Shown: positions 12,501-21,567 of the stretch, piece by piece
Layout: each line of letters starts with the position of its first letter
Numbering within the stretch: position 1 is the first letter of the stretch
Assembly (NCBI GenBank): GCA_045132055.1
Contig: JBGURP010000012.1
Coordinates: forward strand, 87,366-151,365
From: Bacteroidales bacterium
Lineage (GTDB): Bacteria > Bacteroidota > Bacteroidia > Bacteroidales > WCHB1-69
Direction of reading: 5' to 3'
DNA: 64,000 nucleotides
The notes under the pieces: generated by a model
What the model was told of the DNA's origin: nothing
The model's input: the letters and a program-made list of their open reading frames with translations, nothing else
The model's database searches: none
Position numbers and translations under genes: made by a program

Positions 12501-13824
12501 GATTGGAAATATTATATGCGGCTGCATCACGATATGCATACAAAGAGGTGGTACCTGCCGTTTCATGGTAATAAAAACGGGAATCGTTATCATAGAAAGC
12601 ACCCTCATTGTACAGGATAGCTACAACCACATTACTTGTTCCATCCCACTCAAAAGGGGTGTTGAAAGCGATAGTGGAAAAGCTGTCCGCAGCATTACAA
12701 GTGTATGGACCGTCATAAACCAAGGTCAGTTCACTGCCCGGAATCCAATCTGATGTGGAATTGAACGTCGTTTTGGTCACATTGGCCATGTAAACCTGAA
12801 CATTGGCGAAATCTTGCGGTGTGCCATACATATAAGGCAATCCGAGGGAAACAATGGTCGCTTGATGATCTCCTATTTCGCTTGCCGTGAAGATTTGTTG
12901 AGAATAACCATAATTGTAATAGCAATTGAACGGAAGATTAGAAGTGGTAGTGGTTCCTGAGCCAATTGGGTTACCACAGGTAGGTACGAATGTTGTAGAG
13001 ACACAAACGGAATCAGCACTGCTGGTTGTAGATGGACAAATAGATTCTACCCTGTAGCAATAATGAGTATTTGGCGTCACATTAACGTCCGTATAGGAAT
13101 GATCTGTAATAGGAGCAGTGTTCAGCATGGTGTTGTTTCGATACACGTTGAAACCGCTGATATTGGGTACACTTTGGACAAAACAACCTGTAATTGCCCA
13201 ACCCAAGCCGTCAAGTCCGTCATATATTGACAACGCATACCAATCTCCCGAATAAAACAGATTGTTAAGATTGTCAAACATTTGATTCGTTGTTGCAGCA
13301 GGATATACATCATCTGAAGGAACTTCGACATAATATCCGATCCACAACTCTTGAGTAGCATTAACCAAAACAGGGGTGCTCAGCTCAACAATATTCTCCC
13401 CATCCTCCAGAGTGGATACATCCACCTGTGTTTCAGACACAAGCGTACCCTCATTGAAGACATAATCAACACTGTCGAAACTTCCTCCTTGCCATACTCT
13501 GATAGTTAATTGCGTCACATTAATATCACCCAATGTAAATTTCACATGGGATAAGTATTTGCCATTCATACGGGTTAGACTGTCCTGGGTAAACCGGACC
13601 GCAACACCGAAAGGATAGCCTGCTAATCCGATATTTATACCCGACAGTTCACCACTGTAGGACATCATATCTGTATAGGTATAATGGAGCAATGGCGATT
13701 CCCAAGTGAGTCTAACTTGATCCCATCGCGGGGCGGCTTGCACGTACGTCGGCGCATCACATTGAGCATGTAACTGCAAAACGGCAAATGAAAGCAAACT
13801 GAGCAAAAATAGATTTTTTTTCAT
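6562..13824 (-). CDS. giant T9SS-secreted FN3-repeat / beta-sandwich protein with a CUB-like domain (2420 aa)
   Basis: Signal peptide; repeated FN3 units (C.xP...W...LxPNTxYEV.V...C); CUB-like segment (CGGYLYDNGG...EEGYDKLTIYDG); C-terminal sorting domain YPNPTTG...GVYF...IIKK. Confidence 0.85.
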   Translation of the reverse strand: MKKNLFLLSLLSFAVLQLHAQCDAPTYVQAAPRWDQVRLTWESPLLHYTYTDMMSYSGELSGINIGLAGYPFGVAVRFTQDSLTRMNGKYLSHVKFTLGDINVTQLTIRVWQGGSFDSVDYVFNEGTLVSETQVDVSTLEDGENIVELSTPVLVNATQELWIGYYVEVPSDDVYPAATTNQMFDNLNNLFYSGDWYALSIYDGLDGLGWAITGCFVQSVPNISGFNVYRNNTMLNTAPITDHSYTDVNVTPNTHYCYRVESICPSTTSSADSVCVSTTFVPTCGNPIGSGTTTTSNLPFNCYYNYGYSQQIFTASEIGDHQATIVSLGLPYMYGTPQDFANVQVYMANVTKTTFNSTSDWIPGSELTLVYDGPYTCNAADSFSTIAFNTPFEWDGTSNVVVAILYNEGAFYDNDSRFYYHETAGTTSLYAYRDAAAYNISNPSAGFLANARNNIQFCFGAQITCYTPDHTIIHDYDITPTSAIVSWEPHSSTDNQWEVVCVPAGNNVNSGTPIIVRNSTCTLTNLIPNSDYEVYVRTICSASESSNWVTLSFRTYCADHQTIPYVETFNNYGEGGEDTYPFCWGRRTNSTTNQYPYVSSYGQLILYSYENIYSLAVSQALDLSAYPAGTLALDFLVGITSESYGRLDVGLITDPTDMGTFMPLKSYHPSDFPVVGEWMHEYITLPESYPSRIFLAFYAPAPVASIINYVNVDEVRVDYVPTCSNPSNLTVSTITGTAAALSWTPAQYGSTGYTIKYETAGQAPRTVTTTDCQYMLTGLTPNTQYEIKLVSNCGAGSSDTISTILNTLGFVTCAQPNPTPMNLADNSLDAATTFQLPINTYYNYSYTQQIVPASQIQTSTPIVITGIGFYYDYSTPVTNKNSVKIYLAHRTTSTFASTSDWTPISEATLVYEGNLNCTQGWNVFDFDTYFTYNGNDNLVVILDDNSGVYNTSSFVFRSRTYNSYQSLYFFSDENNPNPAEPPTGTRGFVLSDMELFLCNQVAPMPCPEPMVYTTGTDDQSVTVAWVSNGSESAWTLQYKQENSNIWITADSVSASPYTIRNLVPDVHYDIRLRAVCSATESSEWSYTTAYTPCASVSLPYFENFENEVINELPSCWMNMSNTTYPMPVVNGSFAASGSKSLFFNCPTASNYAYGILPRFNNQVQMNNLQVQFNAYKTANAHRIDIGIMTDPMDPSTFEVIGEFSPSVINNWELGEVITNLYQGNGHYLAFRIPKWYPNAMYIDDVDVQELSACPHVSNIYATDIASTSATIKWTAGNTETQWAYMYGPNGSVDPAVDTPLYCNVNSLALTGLIPNTLYTVHVQAYCDTAEQSSWVQCSFRTGCGILQQVPYMEDFDSYAGTTSSTDNVSPNCWSRINNGNTYVGFPTVYASGANSGVNCLAFYTHSSSNYGDQYAILPEIDTAALPINTLQLSMSMAARSSNYPFQVEVGVMSNPEDLTTFTPVQTVSTNRTVYSNQYVCFDDYSGDGKYIALKVKKPVSNYNYGYIDDVVLSYISDCSPVSNLTVSNVAGTSALISWDPAHHGNVTDYTLLYSVTGQNHWDTASIHITGTMYMLNNLNPNTSYEVKVITNCDSSSSTVVSQTFSTTCLAGGEIAIGNGAETSSDLPSYSYYNYCYSQQVFTANEMGGANTLNSISFNMANWVQNRTLSIYLMHTAESAPTNWLPATNATLVYSGVPTLEHGWNTFVFHTPFVYNGVQNLAVIVIDETGSYHNGNTWYVHESPSGMGASRCTFSDYNPYAIIDTPSTTTGGPSKYCNDVIFGGECNSQVTCIPPNFFVSNISTHSADIVWTNGGTETSWEMEYKKVSDNTWTPVTNLSNFIAHLTNLQPSTLYTVRMRSNCGNSYSTDKVVDFMTECDVISILPFQENFDLYGTGENAYPPCWSKINNHPTDMPIINTFNYSAPGSLYFLAGSPGTRNIAITPEFDTSIVMNNLQVSFMYAATSINDKLVVGVMSDPEDDNTFVPVDTVYPSSLSASSWIERDVYLNNYQGNGRYIAFKNEASSYAAFAYMDSLVIDLMPSCLKPRDLTAISNTSSVTLSWTEIGSANAWEIEYGVEGFTPGSGTTIAVTTNPYTIDNLSTNTYDFYLRANCGNNDFSAWIGPVHASPGSYILPTTGEYSLNMCGGYLYDNGGPDAGYDSDCDVTVVVNPDVDGMLVHMTGTFRIEEGYDKLTIYDGGDISGTVLFDSDEDTTINVTSTTGPLTLHFESDESIQYSGFIIQVSCESLEVPCYAPTNLNAVTLLNGAGIQLVWDQEGTPDDWTVHYRQTSSSAWLTQTATSNPYFLENLMNNVEYEAFVVANCGDQISDQSNHVTFIPTGINNYLLNSTTLYPNPTTGEFRIENTEFRIEDVEVYDVYGKLIKTVKVEDNSVDLDLSENASGVYFTRISTEMGTVTKCIIKK
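6722..6756. repeat. 7-bp tandem repeat inside the T9SS CTD coding sequence
   Basis: tcaattc taaactc tgtattc tcaattc tgaattc, encoding EFRIENTEFRIE. Confidence 0.7.
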
Positions 13825-13998
13825 AACCCTGTGATTATTATATACTTAACCAAATTTTCTATTACACAAAATTGTGTGTTGCAATATTAATAAATTTTTT
13901 TCTCATATAAAAAGAAAAAAAGTTAAAAAAAACAACTTTTTGTGTTGTTCTTAAAACAGGTACACAATATGTATTGGATTGGGTATTAGAAGAAATGA

Positions 13999-15108
13999 TT
14001 AATGCACATAAATTTCATGCAAAACGCGTTCCTCATTTTCCCATGTCAAGTCCTGCGCTGCCAGTCGGCAGTTTTCTTTGCATTGTTTGTACAGGCTGGG
14101 ATCCTGTTGCAATTTTTTCACAGCTTCCGCAATGGCTTCGGGGGTCAACGATTCGGCCACAACGCCTACCTGATAGCGATTGACAATGGCGGCACGTTCC
14201 ACAAGGTTGGAAACCACTTGCGGGGTGCCAGCTTTGATGTATTCGAAAATCTTGTTGGGAAGGCTGAACCTTAAATTGGCACTCAAATCACGGTCAAGGG
14301 CCATGCCCACATCGGCCAAAGAAGTGTAGTTGAAAAGCATCTGCTGGTTTTGTCGGCCCACAAATGTGACTTGTCCTTCCAACTTCAACTCCTTCACCAT
14401 AGCTTTCAGTTGGGGCAGCACCGTGCCACCACCCACCACCAGCAAATGTGTGCCCGGCAGCAAAGTCATGGCTTGTATCAATTCTTCGCCCCCGCGACCC
14501 TCATTAATGCCGTTGCCCTGCAGAATCAGCACAAACTTGTCCCCCGGAATACCCAACGACTGTCTTGTCTCTGTGATTTCCGGTTTCTCTGCCGGTGGTA
14601 TATTCCGAACCAAATATGGGCGAATGCCATACTCCCGCTCATATTGATCCACAATGGACTGGCTCACCGTTATGACGGTTTTCAATTTCGGAAAACAATA
14701 GTGTTCGATGGCTTTCCACACCTTGTACGCCTTGGGATTACTGACCACCGACAGCTCACCGCAGAAGTACTCGTGACTGTCATAAACCAGTCTTTTGTGC
14801 CGGAGCTTGCTTACCAAAGTGTTGGGCAGCAGTGTGTCCAAGTCATTGGCGATGAGCACATCGCATTTTTTGAAGAGCAGATAGAAGAAAAGCCGGAGGT
14901 TGTATTCAGCGTAGAAAATCCAGTTCTTGCGGAAAAGGAGTCTCATGCGGTGCGTGTGGTACGCGCGCGGGGCCAGCTCCGGCGAGTCGGCATAGCGGCG
15001 GCCCACCAATGTAACCTCATAACCGTTGCGAGTGAGGAACATAGCCACCTTGTCCACACGGGCGTCCGTGTAGAGATCGTTGGTAACCGATAGGATGGCA
15101 CGCTTCAT
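13999..15108 (-). CDS. GT4-family glycosyltransferase
   Basis: D.RVDK, YDSHEYF, PNKIFEY motifs; start overlaps the secA stop (TAATG). Confidence 0.88.
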   Translation of the reverse strand: MKRAILSVTNDLYTDARVDKVAMFLTRNGYEVTLVGRRYADSPELAPRAYHTHRMRLLFRKNWIFYAEYNLRLFFYLLFKKCDVLIANDLDTLLPNTLVSKLRHKRLVYDSHEYFCGELSVVSNPKAYKVWKAIEHYCFPKLKTVITVSQSIVDQYEREYGIRPYLVRNIPPAEKPEITETRQSLGIPGDKFVLILQGNGINEGRGGEELIQAMTLLPGTHLLVVGGGTVLPQLKAMVKELKLEGQVTFVGRQNQQMLFNYTSLADVGMALDRDLSANLRFSLPNKIFEYIKAGTPQVVSNLVERAAIVNRYQVGVVAESLTPEAIAEAVKKLQQDPSLYKQCKENCRLAAQDLTWENEERVLHEIYVH

Positions 15109-18100
15109 TATTCAGCGCTCATGCGACCGTGGCAGTTCTTGTATTTCTTGCCGCTACCGCACGGGCAGGGATCGTTGCGACCTACTTTTTTCTCCACGCG
15201 GATGGGCTGACTGCCTTTGCCGCCGGGGGCCACCTGACGGCCTCCGCCAGCCACTTCCTCGCGACCGGTGGTCAACTTCTTGGCATCCGACTGCGGCAAC
15301 TGGGCCTCACGCACTTGCGGAGCCTCCTCTGCCATCGGGATTCTACCCTTGTTCAGGAAGCTCACAATCTCCTGGCTGATACGGACCAGCAACTGATCGA
15401 ACAGGTTGAAAGATTCCAGCTTGTAAATCAACAACGGGTCTTTCTGTTCGTATGAAGCATTCTGCACACTCTCCTTCAAATCGTCCATAGCACGCAAGTG
15501 CTCTTTCCAAGCATTGTCAATCACGGCCAGCGTGATACCCTTCTCAAACGACAAGCCCACCTCTCGGCCCTTGGTCTCATAACATTTCTTCAACGGGGCC
15601 ACAATGCTGATGTTCTTGTTGCCATCGGTGAACGGGATGGCAATGTTCTGGAACTTGTCGCCATGCTCCAAATACACGCGCTCCATCACCGGGTAGGCCT
15701 GCTCGCTGATTTGCTGCAACTTGGCTTTATAGTGGTCGTAAACCACAGGATAGAGTTTCTCCACCAGAATATGGGGACGCTCCTGCAGGAAATATTTCTC
15801 ATCGAAAGGCGACTCGCAACCGAAGGTCTTGATCATGTCCATGCTGAAACCTTCGAAATCCTTTGCCTCCCAATTGTTGGTAACCACCGTTTCGCACACA
15901 TCCTCGAACATCTGGGCAATATCGATGGCCAGACGGTCACCGAACAGGGCATTGCGGCGCTTGCGGTAGATGGTGGAACGCTGTTTGTTCATCACGTCAT
16001 CATATTCCAACAAACGCTTACGGATACCGAAGTTGTTCTCCTCCACCTTCTTCTGGGCGCGCTCAATGGACTTGGAAATCATGCTGTGTTGGATGACATC
16101 GCCGTCCTGATGGCCCATCTGGTCCATGACTCTGGCGATACGGTCGGAGCCGAACAAACGCATCAAGTCGTCCTCCAGGGAAACGAAGAACTGGGAGCTA
16201 CCAGGGTCACCTTGACGGCCGGAACGACCACGCAACTGGCGGTCCACACGACGGGAATCGTGACGCTCCGTACCGATGATGGCCAAACCGCCCTTCTCGC
16301 GCACCTCCGGAGACAATTTAATATCGGTACCACGACCAGCCATGTTGGTAGCGATGGTCACCGTGCCCTCCTGACCGGCTTCTGCCACAATGTCAGCCTC
16401 CTTCTTGTGCAACTTGGCGTTCAACACGTTGTGTTGGATGCGGCGGCTGGTCAAAATACGGGAAAGCAACTCGGAAGTCTCCACCGAAGTGGTACCTACC
16501 AAAACAGGTCTGCCTTCTTCGTGCAGTCGCAAAATTTCATTCACCACGGCAGCATATTTCTCACGTTTGGTCTTGTAAACCAAGTCGTCAGCATCAATAC
16601 GAATAACGGGTTTGTTGGTCGGAATCACCACCACATCCAGTTTGTAGATATTCCAGAACTCACCGGCTTCCGTTTCAGCAGTACCGGTCATACCAGCCAG
16701 CTTCTTGTACATACGGAAATAGTTCTGCAATGTGATGGTGGCGTAGGTCTGTGTGGCGGCCTCCACTTTGACGTTTTCCTTGGCTTCGATAGCCTGGTGC
16801 AAACCGTCGGAGTAGCGGCGGCCCTCCATAATACGGCCCGTCTGTTCATCCACAATCTTCACCTTGTTGTCGATGATGACATATTCCACATCTTTGGCAA
16901 ACATGGTGTAAGCCTTCAGCAATTGATGAATGGTGTGGATACGGTCGGAAGCAGCGGCGAAGTTATTGTAAATCTCTTCTTTACGTGCAGTTTTCTCTTG
17001 CGGAGTGAGATTATCTTTCTCCAACTCGGCAATTTCGGCACCCACATCGGGCATGATGAACATCTTGGCTTCTTCCGCATCGCGGCTCACCAACTCGATA
17101 CCCTTGTCCATGATATCGACGGTGTTCAGTTTCTCTTCAATGACGAAATAGAGTTCATCGTCGATGAGGTGCATGTTGCGGTTCTGGTCCTGCATGAAAA
17201 AGGATTCCGTGCGTTGGAGCACCTGTTTCATTCCGGGCTCGCTGAGGAACTTGATGAGGGCGTTGTTCTTGGGCAAACCGCGGTGGGCGCGCAACAACAA
17301 CATGGCACTCTCGTCTTGCGGCTTCGGGTCTGGATTCTCGGCCAGCATTTTCTTGGCGCGGGTCAGAATTTCCGACACATACACGCGCTGGGCATCGTAC
17401 AGTTTTTGGACAATGGGTTTGTATTTGTCAAAATCCTGCTGGTCGCCTTTGGGCGTGGGACCGGAGATGATCAACGGCGTACGGGCGTCGTCAATCAACA
17501 CGGAGTCCACCTCATCCACGATGGCATAGTTGTGGGGGCGCTGCACCAGCTCGCCGGTGTTGCGGGCCATGTTGTCACGCAGGTAGTCGAAACCGAATTC
17601 ATTGTTGGTACCGTAGGTGATGTCGGCGTTGTAGGCGCGGCGGCGCTCGTCGGAGTTAGGCTCGTGCTTGTCAATACAATCCACGGTAAGGCCCAAGAAC
17701 TCATACAGACGGCCCATCCACTCGGAGTCACGCTTGGCCAGGTAGTCGTTCACGGTGACCACATGCACGCCTTTGCCCGGAAGGGCGTTCAGATAGACGG
17801 GCAGCGTAGCCACGAGGGTTTTACCTTCACCCGTCGCCATCTCGGCAATCTTGCCTTCGTGCAACACGATACCGCCGATGAGCTGCACATCGTAGTGGCA
17901 CATGTCCCAAGTGATCATGTTGCCGCCGGCGGACCAGGTGTTGCGGTAGCGGGCGATGTCACCATCAATCTCGATGCCGTCGTGCGTGGCAGCCAGGTCG
18001 CGGTCCAAGTCAGTGGCCTTCACCTCGATGATTTCATTGTCCTTGAAACGGCGGGCGGCCTCCTTCATCACGGAAAAAGCCTCCGGCAGAATCTCGTTCA

Positions 18101-18410
18101 GTACATCCTGGGTGGTATTATAAACCTTGTCTTCCAGTTTCTCTACTTCTTTGTAGAGATCCTGTTTCTCCTCGATGGGCAGGTCATAGTTGTTGTCCAA
18201 GTAATCGCGGATTTCCGTCAGACGGTTCTCTTCCACTTCCGTGGCTTTGCGGATTTTCTCGCGGAACTCCACGGTTTTGTGACGCAGGTCATCGGTGGAA
18301 AGGTCTTTGATGGTTTCGTAAGCTTCAAGCGCCCGGTTCAACTTGGGCTTGAGCTCTTTCATATCGCGGTCGGCCTTGGTGCCGAACAATTTAGTCAGGA
18401 AATTTGCCAT
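15108..18410 (-). CDS. secA: preprotein translocase ATPase SecA
   Basis: [37 protein letters not shown]-terminal [19 protein letters not shown]. Confidence 0.98.
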   Translation of the reverse strand: MANFLTKLFGTKADRDMKELKPKLNRALEAYETIKDLSTDDLRHKTVEFREKIRKATEVEENRLTEIRDYLDNNYDLPIEEKQDLYKEVEKLEDKVYNTTQDVLNEILPEAFSVMKEAARRFKDNEIIEVKATDLDRDLAATHDGIEIDGDIARYRNTWSAGGNMITWDMCHYDVQLIGGIVLHEGKIAEMATGEGKTLVATLPVYLNALPGKGVHVVTVNDYLAKRDSEWMGRLYEFLGLTVDCIDKHEPNSDERRRAYNADITYGTNNEFGFDYLRDNMARNTGELVQRPHNYAIVDEVDSVLIDDARTPLIISGPTPKGDQQDFDKYKPIVQKLYDAQRVYVSEILTRAKKMLAENPDPKPQDESAMLLLRAHRGLPKNNALIKFLSEPGMKQVLQRTESFFMQDQNRNMHLIDDELYFVIEEKLNTVDIMDKGIELVSRDAEEAKMFIMPDVGAEIAELEKDNLTPQEKTARKEEIYNNFAAASDRIHTIHQLLKAYTMFAKDVEYVIIDNKVKIVDEQTGRIMEGRRYSDGLHQAIEAKENVKVEAATQTYATITLQNYFRMYKKLAGMTGTAETEAGEFWNIYKLDVVVIPTNKPVIRIDADDLVYKTKREKYAAVVNEILRLHEEGRPVLVGTTSVETSELLSRILTSRRIQHNVLNAKLHKKEADIVAEAGQEGTVTIATNMAGRGTDIKLSPEVREKGGLAIIGTERHDSRRVDRQLRGRSGRQGDPGSSQFFVSLEDDLMRLFGSDRIARVMDQMGHQDGDVIQHSMISKSIERAQKKVEENNFGIRKRLLEYDDVMNKQRSTIYRKRRNALFGDRLAIDIAQMFEDVCETVVTNNWEAKDFEGFSMDMIKTFGCESPFDEKYFLQERPHILVEKLYPVVYDHYKAKLQQISEQAYPVMERVYLEHGDKFQNIAIPFTDGNKNISIVAPLKKCYETKGREVGLSFEKGITLAVIDNAWKEHLRAMDDLKESVQNASYEQKDPLLIYKLESFNLFDQLLVRISQEIVSFLNKGRIPMAEEAPQVREAQLPQSDAKKLTTGREEVAGGGRQVAPGGKGSQPIRVEKKVGRNDPCPCGSGKKYKNCHGRMSAE

Positions 18411-18434
18411 AAAAAGTTATAGTTTTAAAGGCTG

Positions 18435-18442
18435 CAAATGTA
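18435..18442 (-). promoter_or_regulatory. -7 promoter box of secA
   Basis: TACATTTG followed by CAGC on the minus strand. Confidence 0.65.
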
Positions 18443-18561
18443 CAAAAATTGTGCCAACTTCCCATTGACATGGCAGTGTCATAGTATAGATAAATGATTT
18501 TATTTAAAGTGGATGCTGGTATAAATGCATTTTTTGTACTTTTGTAACTTGATAATCAACT

Positions 18562-19668
18562 ATGCTGGGAATACCTTACGATTCTAAACGAAATTTCGGG
18601 CTGGATTTATTGAGAGCCATAGCCATATTTTTTGTAGTGCATGGTCACGGTGTGCATTTTCTCGCCAATTCACGCTTTTCGTTTTTGCAATCTGTTTCCC
18701 TTCCTCACGGCGTGGATATATTCTTTATTCTTAGCGGATATTTGATCGGATATTCATTTCTGTCATACGCAAACAAAAACAATGGCGTGGATTTGCGCAA
18801 GACACTGTTGTTCTATAGCCGCACCGCCTTGCGAATACTACCCAATTACTATTTCATTCTTGTGGTGTATTATTTCCTGGTTCAGGGCGGAATCATACAC
18901 GGCAACACCCACGAATTTTCCGTCTGGTATTTCATCACATTCACCCAAAATCTCTTCTCTCCGTTCTACAACTTCTATTGGGAATCCTGGTCGTTGCCTG
19001 TGCAATGGTGGTTCTATATTCTGTTTCCGCTCGCTCTGACAGTTTTCGCCAAACGATTAGGTGCAAAACGGACAACCCCTATTATCTGCTTTTTCTTTAT
19101 CGTATTCTCCCTGATATATCGGTATTCTATTTCCGACCACCTCACCGACAGCTTCTGGCGGGATGTCTGGCTTCGTAAAACCGTGGCTTCCCGTTGCGAC
19201 AATATTTACATCGGTGTGCTGGCAGCTTGGGTCAGGACATATATGCCTGACTTTTGGCAACGGCATTCCGTGAAATCCTTTGTAATCGGCATCCTTCTGA
19301 TGGTCGCCTCTATCCTCATTCCCCGTCCCTTCGGCTCAATATACAGCAACGTGTTTGCCCTCACGCTTCCGCCTATTGCCATTGCGCTCTGGCTGCCGCT
19401 GCTGACCCGCATAAAGACTTTCAAGACCTTCATCGGAAACATTGTCGCTTGCATTGGCGTATTGTCATACGCGATGTTCCTCACCAATCTCATGGTCTGC
19501 CAAATTATCGACGCCAATTTTGCCGATGTTTTCAGCCGGATGGGAGCATGGGGGTATGTGCTCTATTGGGCAATTGTACTTTGCGTGTCGTATATCCTGT
19601 TTTTAGCAATAGAGAATCCTTTCATTAAAATCAGGTCCCGCTTGCAAAAAGGACAGGCAAATAGTTAG
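18562..19668 (+). CDS. acyltransferase-3 (OafA-like) membrane O-acyltransferase
   Basis: GLDLLRAIA, GVDIFFILSGYL, R..RILP.YY, SWSLPV, IENPF; many TM helices; TACTTTTG box at 18537-18544. Confidence 0.88.
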   Translation: MLGIPYDSKRNFGLDLLRAIAIFFVVHGHGVHFLANSRFSFLQSVSLPHGVDIFFILSGYLIGYSFLSYANKNNGVDLRKTLLFYSRTALRILPNYYFILVVYYFLVQGGIIHGNTHEFSVWYFITFTQNLFSPFYNFYWESWSLPVQWWFYILFPLALTVFAKRLGAKRTTPIICFFFIVFSLIYRYSISDHLTDSFWRDVWLRKTVASRCDNIYIGVLAAWVRTYMPDFWQRHSVKSFVIGILLMVASILIPRPFGSIYSNVFALTLPPIAIALWLPLLTRIKTFKTFIGNIVACIGVLSYAMFLTNLMVCQIIDANFADVFSRMGAWGYVLYWAIVLCVSYILFLAIENPFIKIRSRLQKGQANS

Positions 19669-20672
19669 AATAATCTTACAAAATCCTTCACATCCTCCTC
19701 TGTTGTATCCCAGCTGGTCACCAAGCGGATTTCGTTTTCTTCTTCATTCCAGATGTAGAAAAACACCTTCTCCAACAATTTGTCAATGAGCGGTTTCGGC
19801 AATTTGAGGAGCAGGATGTTGGCGTCTGTGTTTTGGGTGAAAGTGTCAAAACCGGCGTCGATGATGCCTTGGCGCAAGAGCTGGGCCATGCGGTTGGCAT
19901 TTTCAGCATTGCTTTTCCAGATTTCTTGCTCAAGATACGGAATAAGCTGGCAGCTGATATAGCGCATCTTGGAGCACAACTGTGTGCTTTGCTTGCGGAT
20001 ATATTTCAGATTCTCACCCAATTCCGGACGGAAGGCAATGACACACTCACACATCATCAGTCCGTTTTTGGTGCAGCCGAAACTCAGAATATCCACGCCG
20101 CAATCCACCGTCATCTCCTTGAAGGACTTGCCAAGGGTGATAGCGGCATTGGCCAGGCGCGCGCCGTCCATGTGCAGATACATGCCAAACTGGTGGATGT
20201 AGTCCGCGATGGCTTTGATCTCTTCGCAGGTATAGACTGTGCCCAACTCGGTGCATTGGGAGATATAGACCACCTTGGGTTGCGAGTGGTGTTCGAAGCC
20301 CCAGTTGATGAGGCGTGGCGCGATGAGCTCGGGCGTGAGCTTGCCGTCGGGCGTCTCAATCTCGCGCAACGCGGCGCCAGTCAGAAACTCCGGAGCACCG
20401 CACTCATCGACTGCAATGTGCGCGGTCTTGGCGCAAAGGATGGAGTTGTACGCCTGCACACACGCGCGCAAGGCGACCACATTGGCCCCCGTGCCATTGA
20501 ACACAAAGTAGGGTTCGGCAGAATCACCAAAATGCTTTTTAATCAACATCTTGGCTTTCTCCGTGTAGATGTCGTCACCGTAGGCGTGCTGGTGATCCTG
20601 GTTGGCCGCTTCTATGGCCTTCAAAATGTCGGGATGAATGCCCGAATGATTGTCGCTTCCGAAACTGTGCAT
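19665..20672 (-). CDS. low-specificity L-threonine aldolase
   Basis: SFGSDN, YGDD, GTGAN, HMDGARLANA, SFGCTKNG (PLP Lys), RLVTSW; start taken at MHSFG. Confidence 0.9.
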   Translation of the reverse strand: MHSFGSDNHSGIHPDILKAIEAANQDHQHAYGDDIYTEKAKMLIKKHFGDSAEPYFVFNGTGANVVALRACVQAYNSILCAKTAHIAVDECGAPEFLTGAALREIETPDGKLTPELIAPRLINWGFEHHSQPKVVYISQCTELGTVYTCEEIKAIADYIHQFGMYLHMDGARLANAAITLGKSFKEMTVDCGVDILSFGCTKNGLMMCECVIAFRPELGENLKYIRKQSTQLCSKMRYISCQLIPYLEQEIWKSNAENANRMAQLLRQGIIDAGFDTFTQNTDANILLLKLPKPLIDKLLEKVFFYIWNEEENEIRLVTSWDTTEEDVKDFVRLF

Positions 20673-20694
20673 GATAAAAAGGGTTAATGGGCTA

Positions 20695-21567
20695 TTAGGG
20701 CTTTCTCTTGACAATCACAACTACCGCTCCCAATATCAGAATGATGCCGAGGGCGAGGTTGAGCGTGAATGGTTCTCCGAATACAAATATGCCGATGAGC
20801 ACGGCGGTGAGTGGCTCCAGCGCACCCAAAATGGCCGTGGCCGTGGAGCCCACGTATTTGGCAGCATAAACCAACAATACCAAGGCAAAGATGGCGGGCA
20901 CAATGGCCAGCCAGCCCACATAGAACCAGCTAGTGGCATTTTGCGGTAACGTAAGCGGCAAGCCAGCTATCAGCGAGTACACCACCATGCCCAAAGCGCA
21001 ATAGAGGAGCACGTAGAAATTGATCTTGAACGAGGACATCTGCAGGTTGCCCCGATTGACCAATATTATATATAGGGCATACGACAGCGCCGAAGCCAGC
21101 ACCAACACCACGCCAAGCGTGGACAATGTACCCGCACTGTCGCTCCAGTAGAGCAACGCCACACCCGCGCCCGACAGCACAAGCGCCAACACCGTGCCCC
21201 ACGTGATACGCTCGCGGAAAAACACCGCCATAATGACGGCCGTCATCACGGGATAGGTAAACAAAATGGTGGAAGCCACGCCGGCAGCCATGTAGTGGAA
21301 ACTCAAATACAACGTGAGCGAAGAGATGATGAATAAAAGACCAAGACCCGTTAACGTGCGAAACTCGTGCCAAGTCACTTTCAGTGACTCCTTGCGAAAA
21401 AGCATGACAATGGCGATGATGACCCAGGCTAATCCGAAACGGAAGAACAGCACGCTGTTGGTCTGCATACCCTGCTCATACAGTTTCAGTGCGCCGAGAG
21501 GGTTGGTGCCATAGCACACGGCTGCAGCAATACCCGCCAAAGTCCCGATGAGCTTACGGTTACGCAT
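20695..21567 (-). CDS. DMT/EamA family transporter
   Basis: About 10 TM helices in two EamA repeats; ends with LEPLTAVLIG...GE. Confidence 0.9.
   Translation of the reverse strand: MRNRKLIGTLAGIAAAVCYGTNPLGALKLYEQGMQTNSVLFFRFGLAWVIIAIVMLFRKESLKVTWHEFRTLTGLGLLFIISSLTLYLSFHYMAAGVASTILFTYPVMTAVIMAVFFRERITWGTVLALVLSGAGVALLYWSDSAGTLSTLGVVLVLASALSYALYIILVNRGNLQMSSFKINFYVLLYCALGMVVYSLIAGLPLTLPQNATSWFYVGWLAIVPAIFALVLLVYAAKYVGSTATAILGALEPLTAVLIGIFVFGEPFTLNLALGIILILGAVVVIVKRKP

Noticed and set aside
15498-18422. 974-aa plus-strand ORF
   Set aside because: Antisense shadow of secA caused by codon bias; no recognisable motifs
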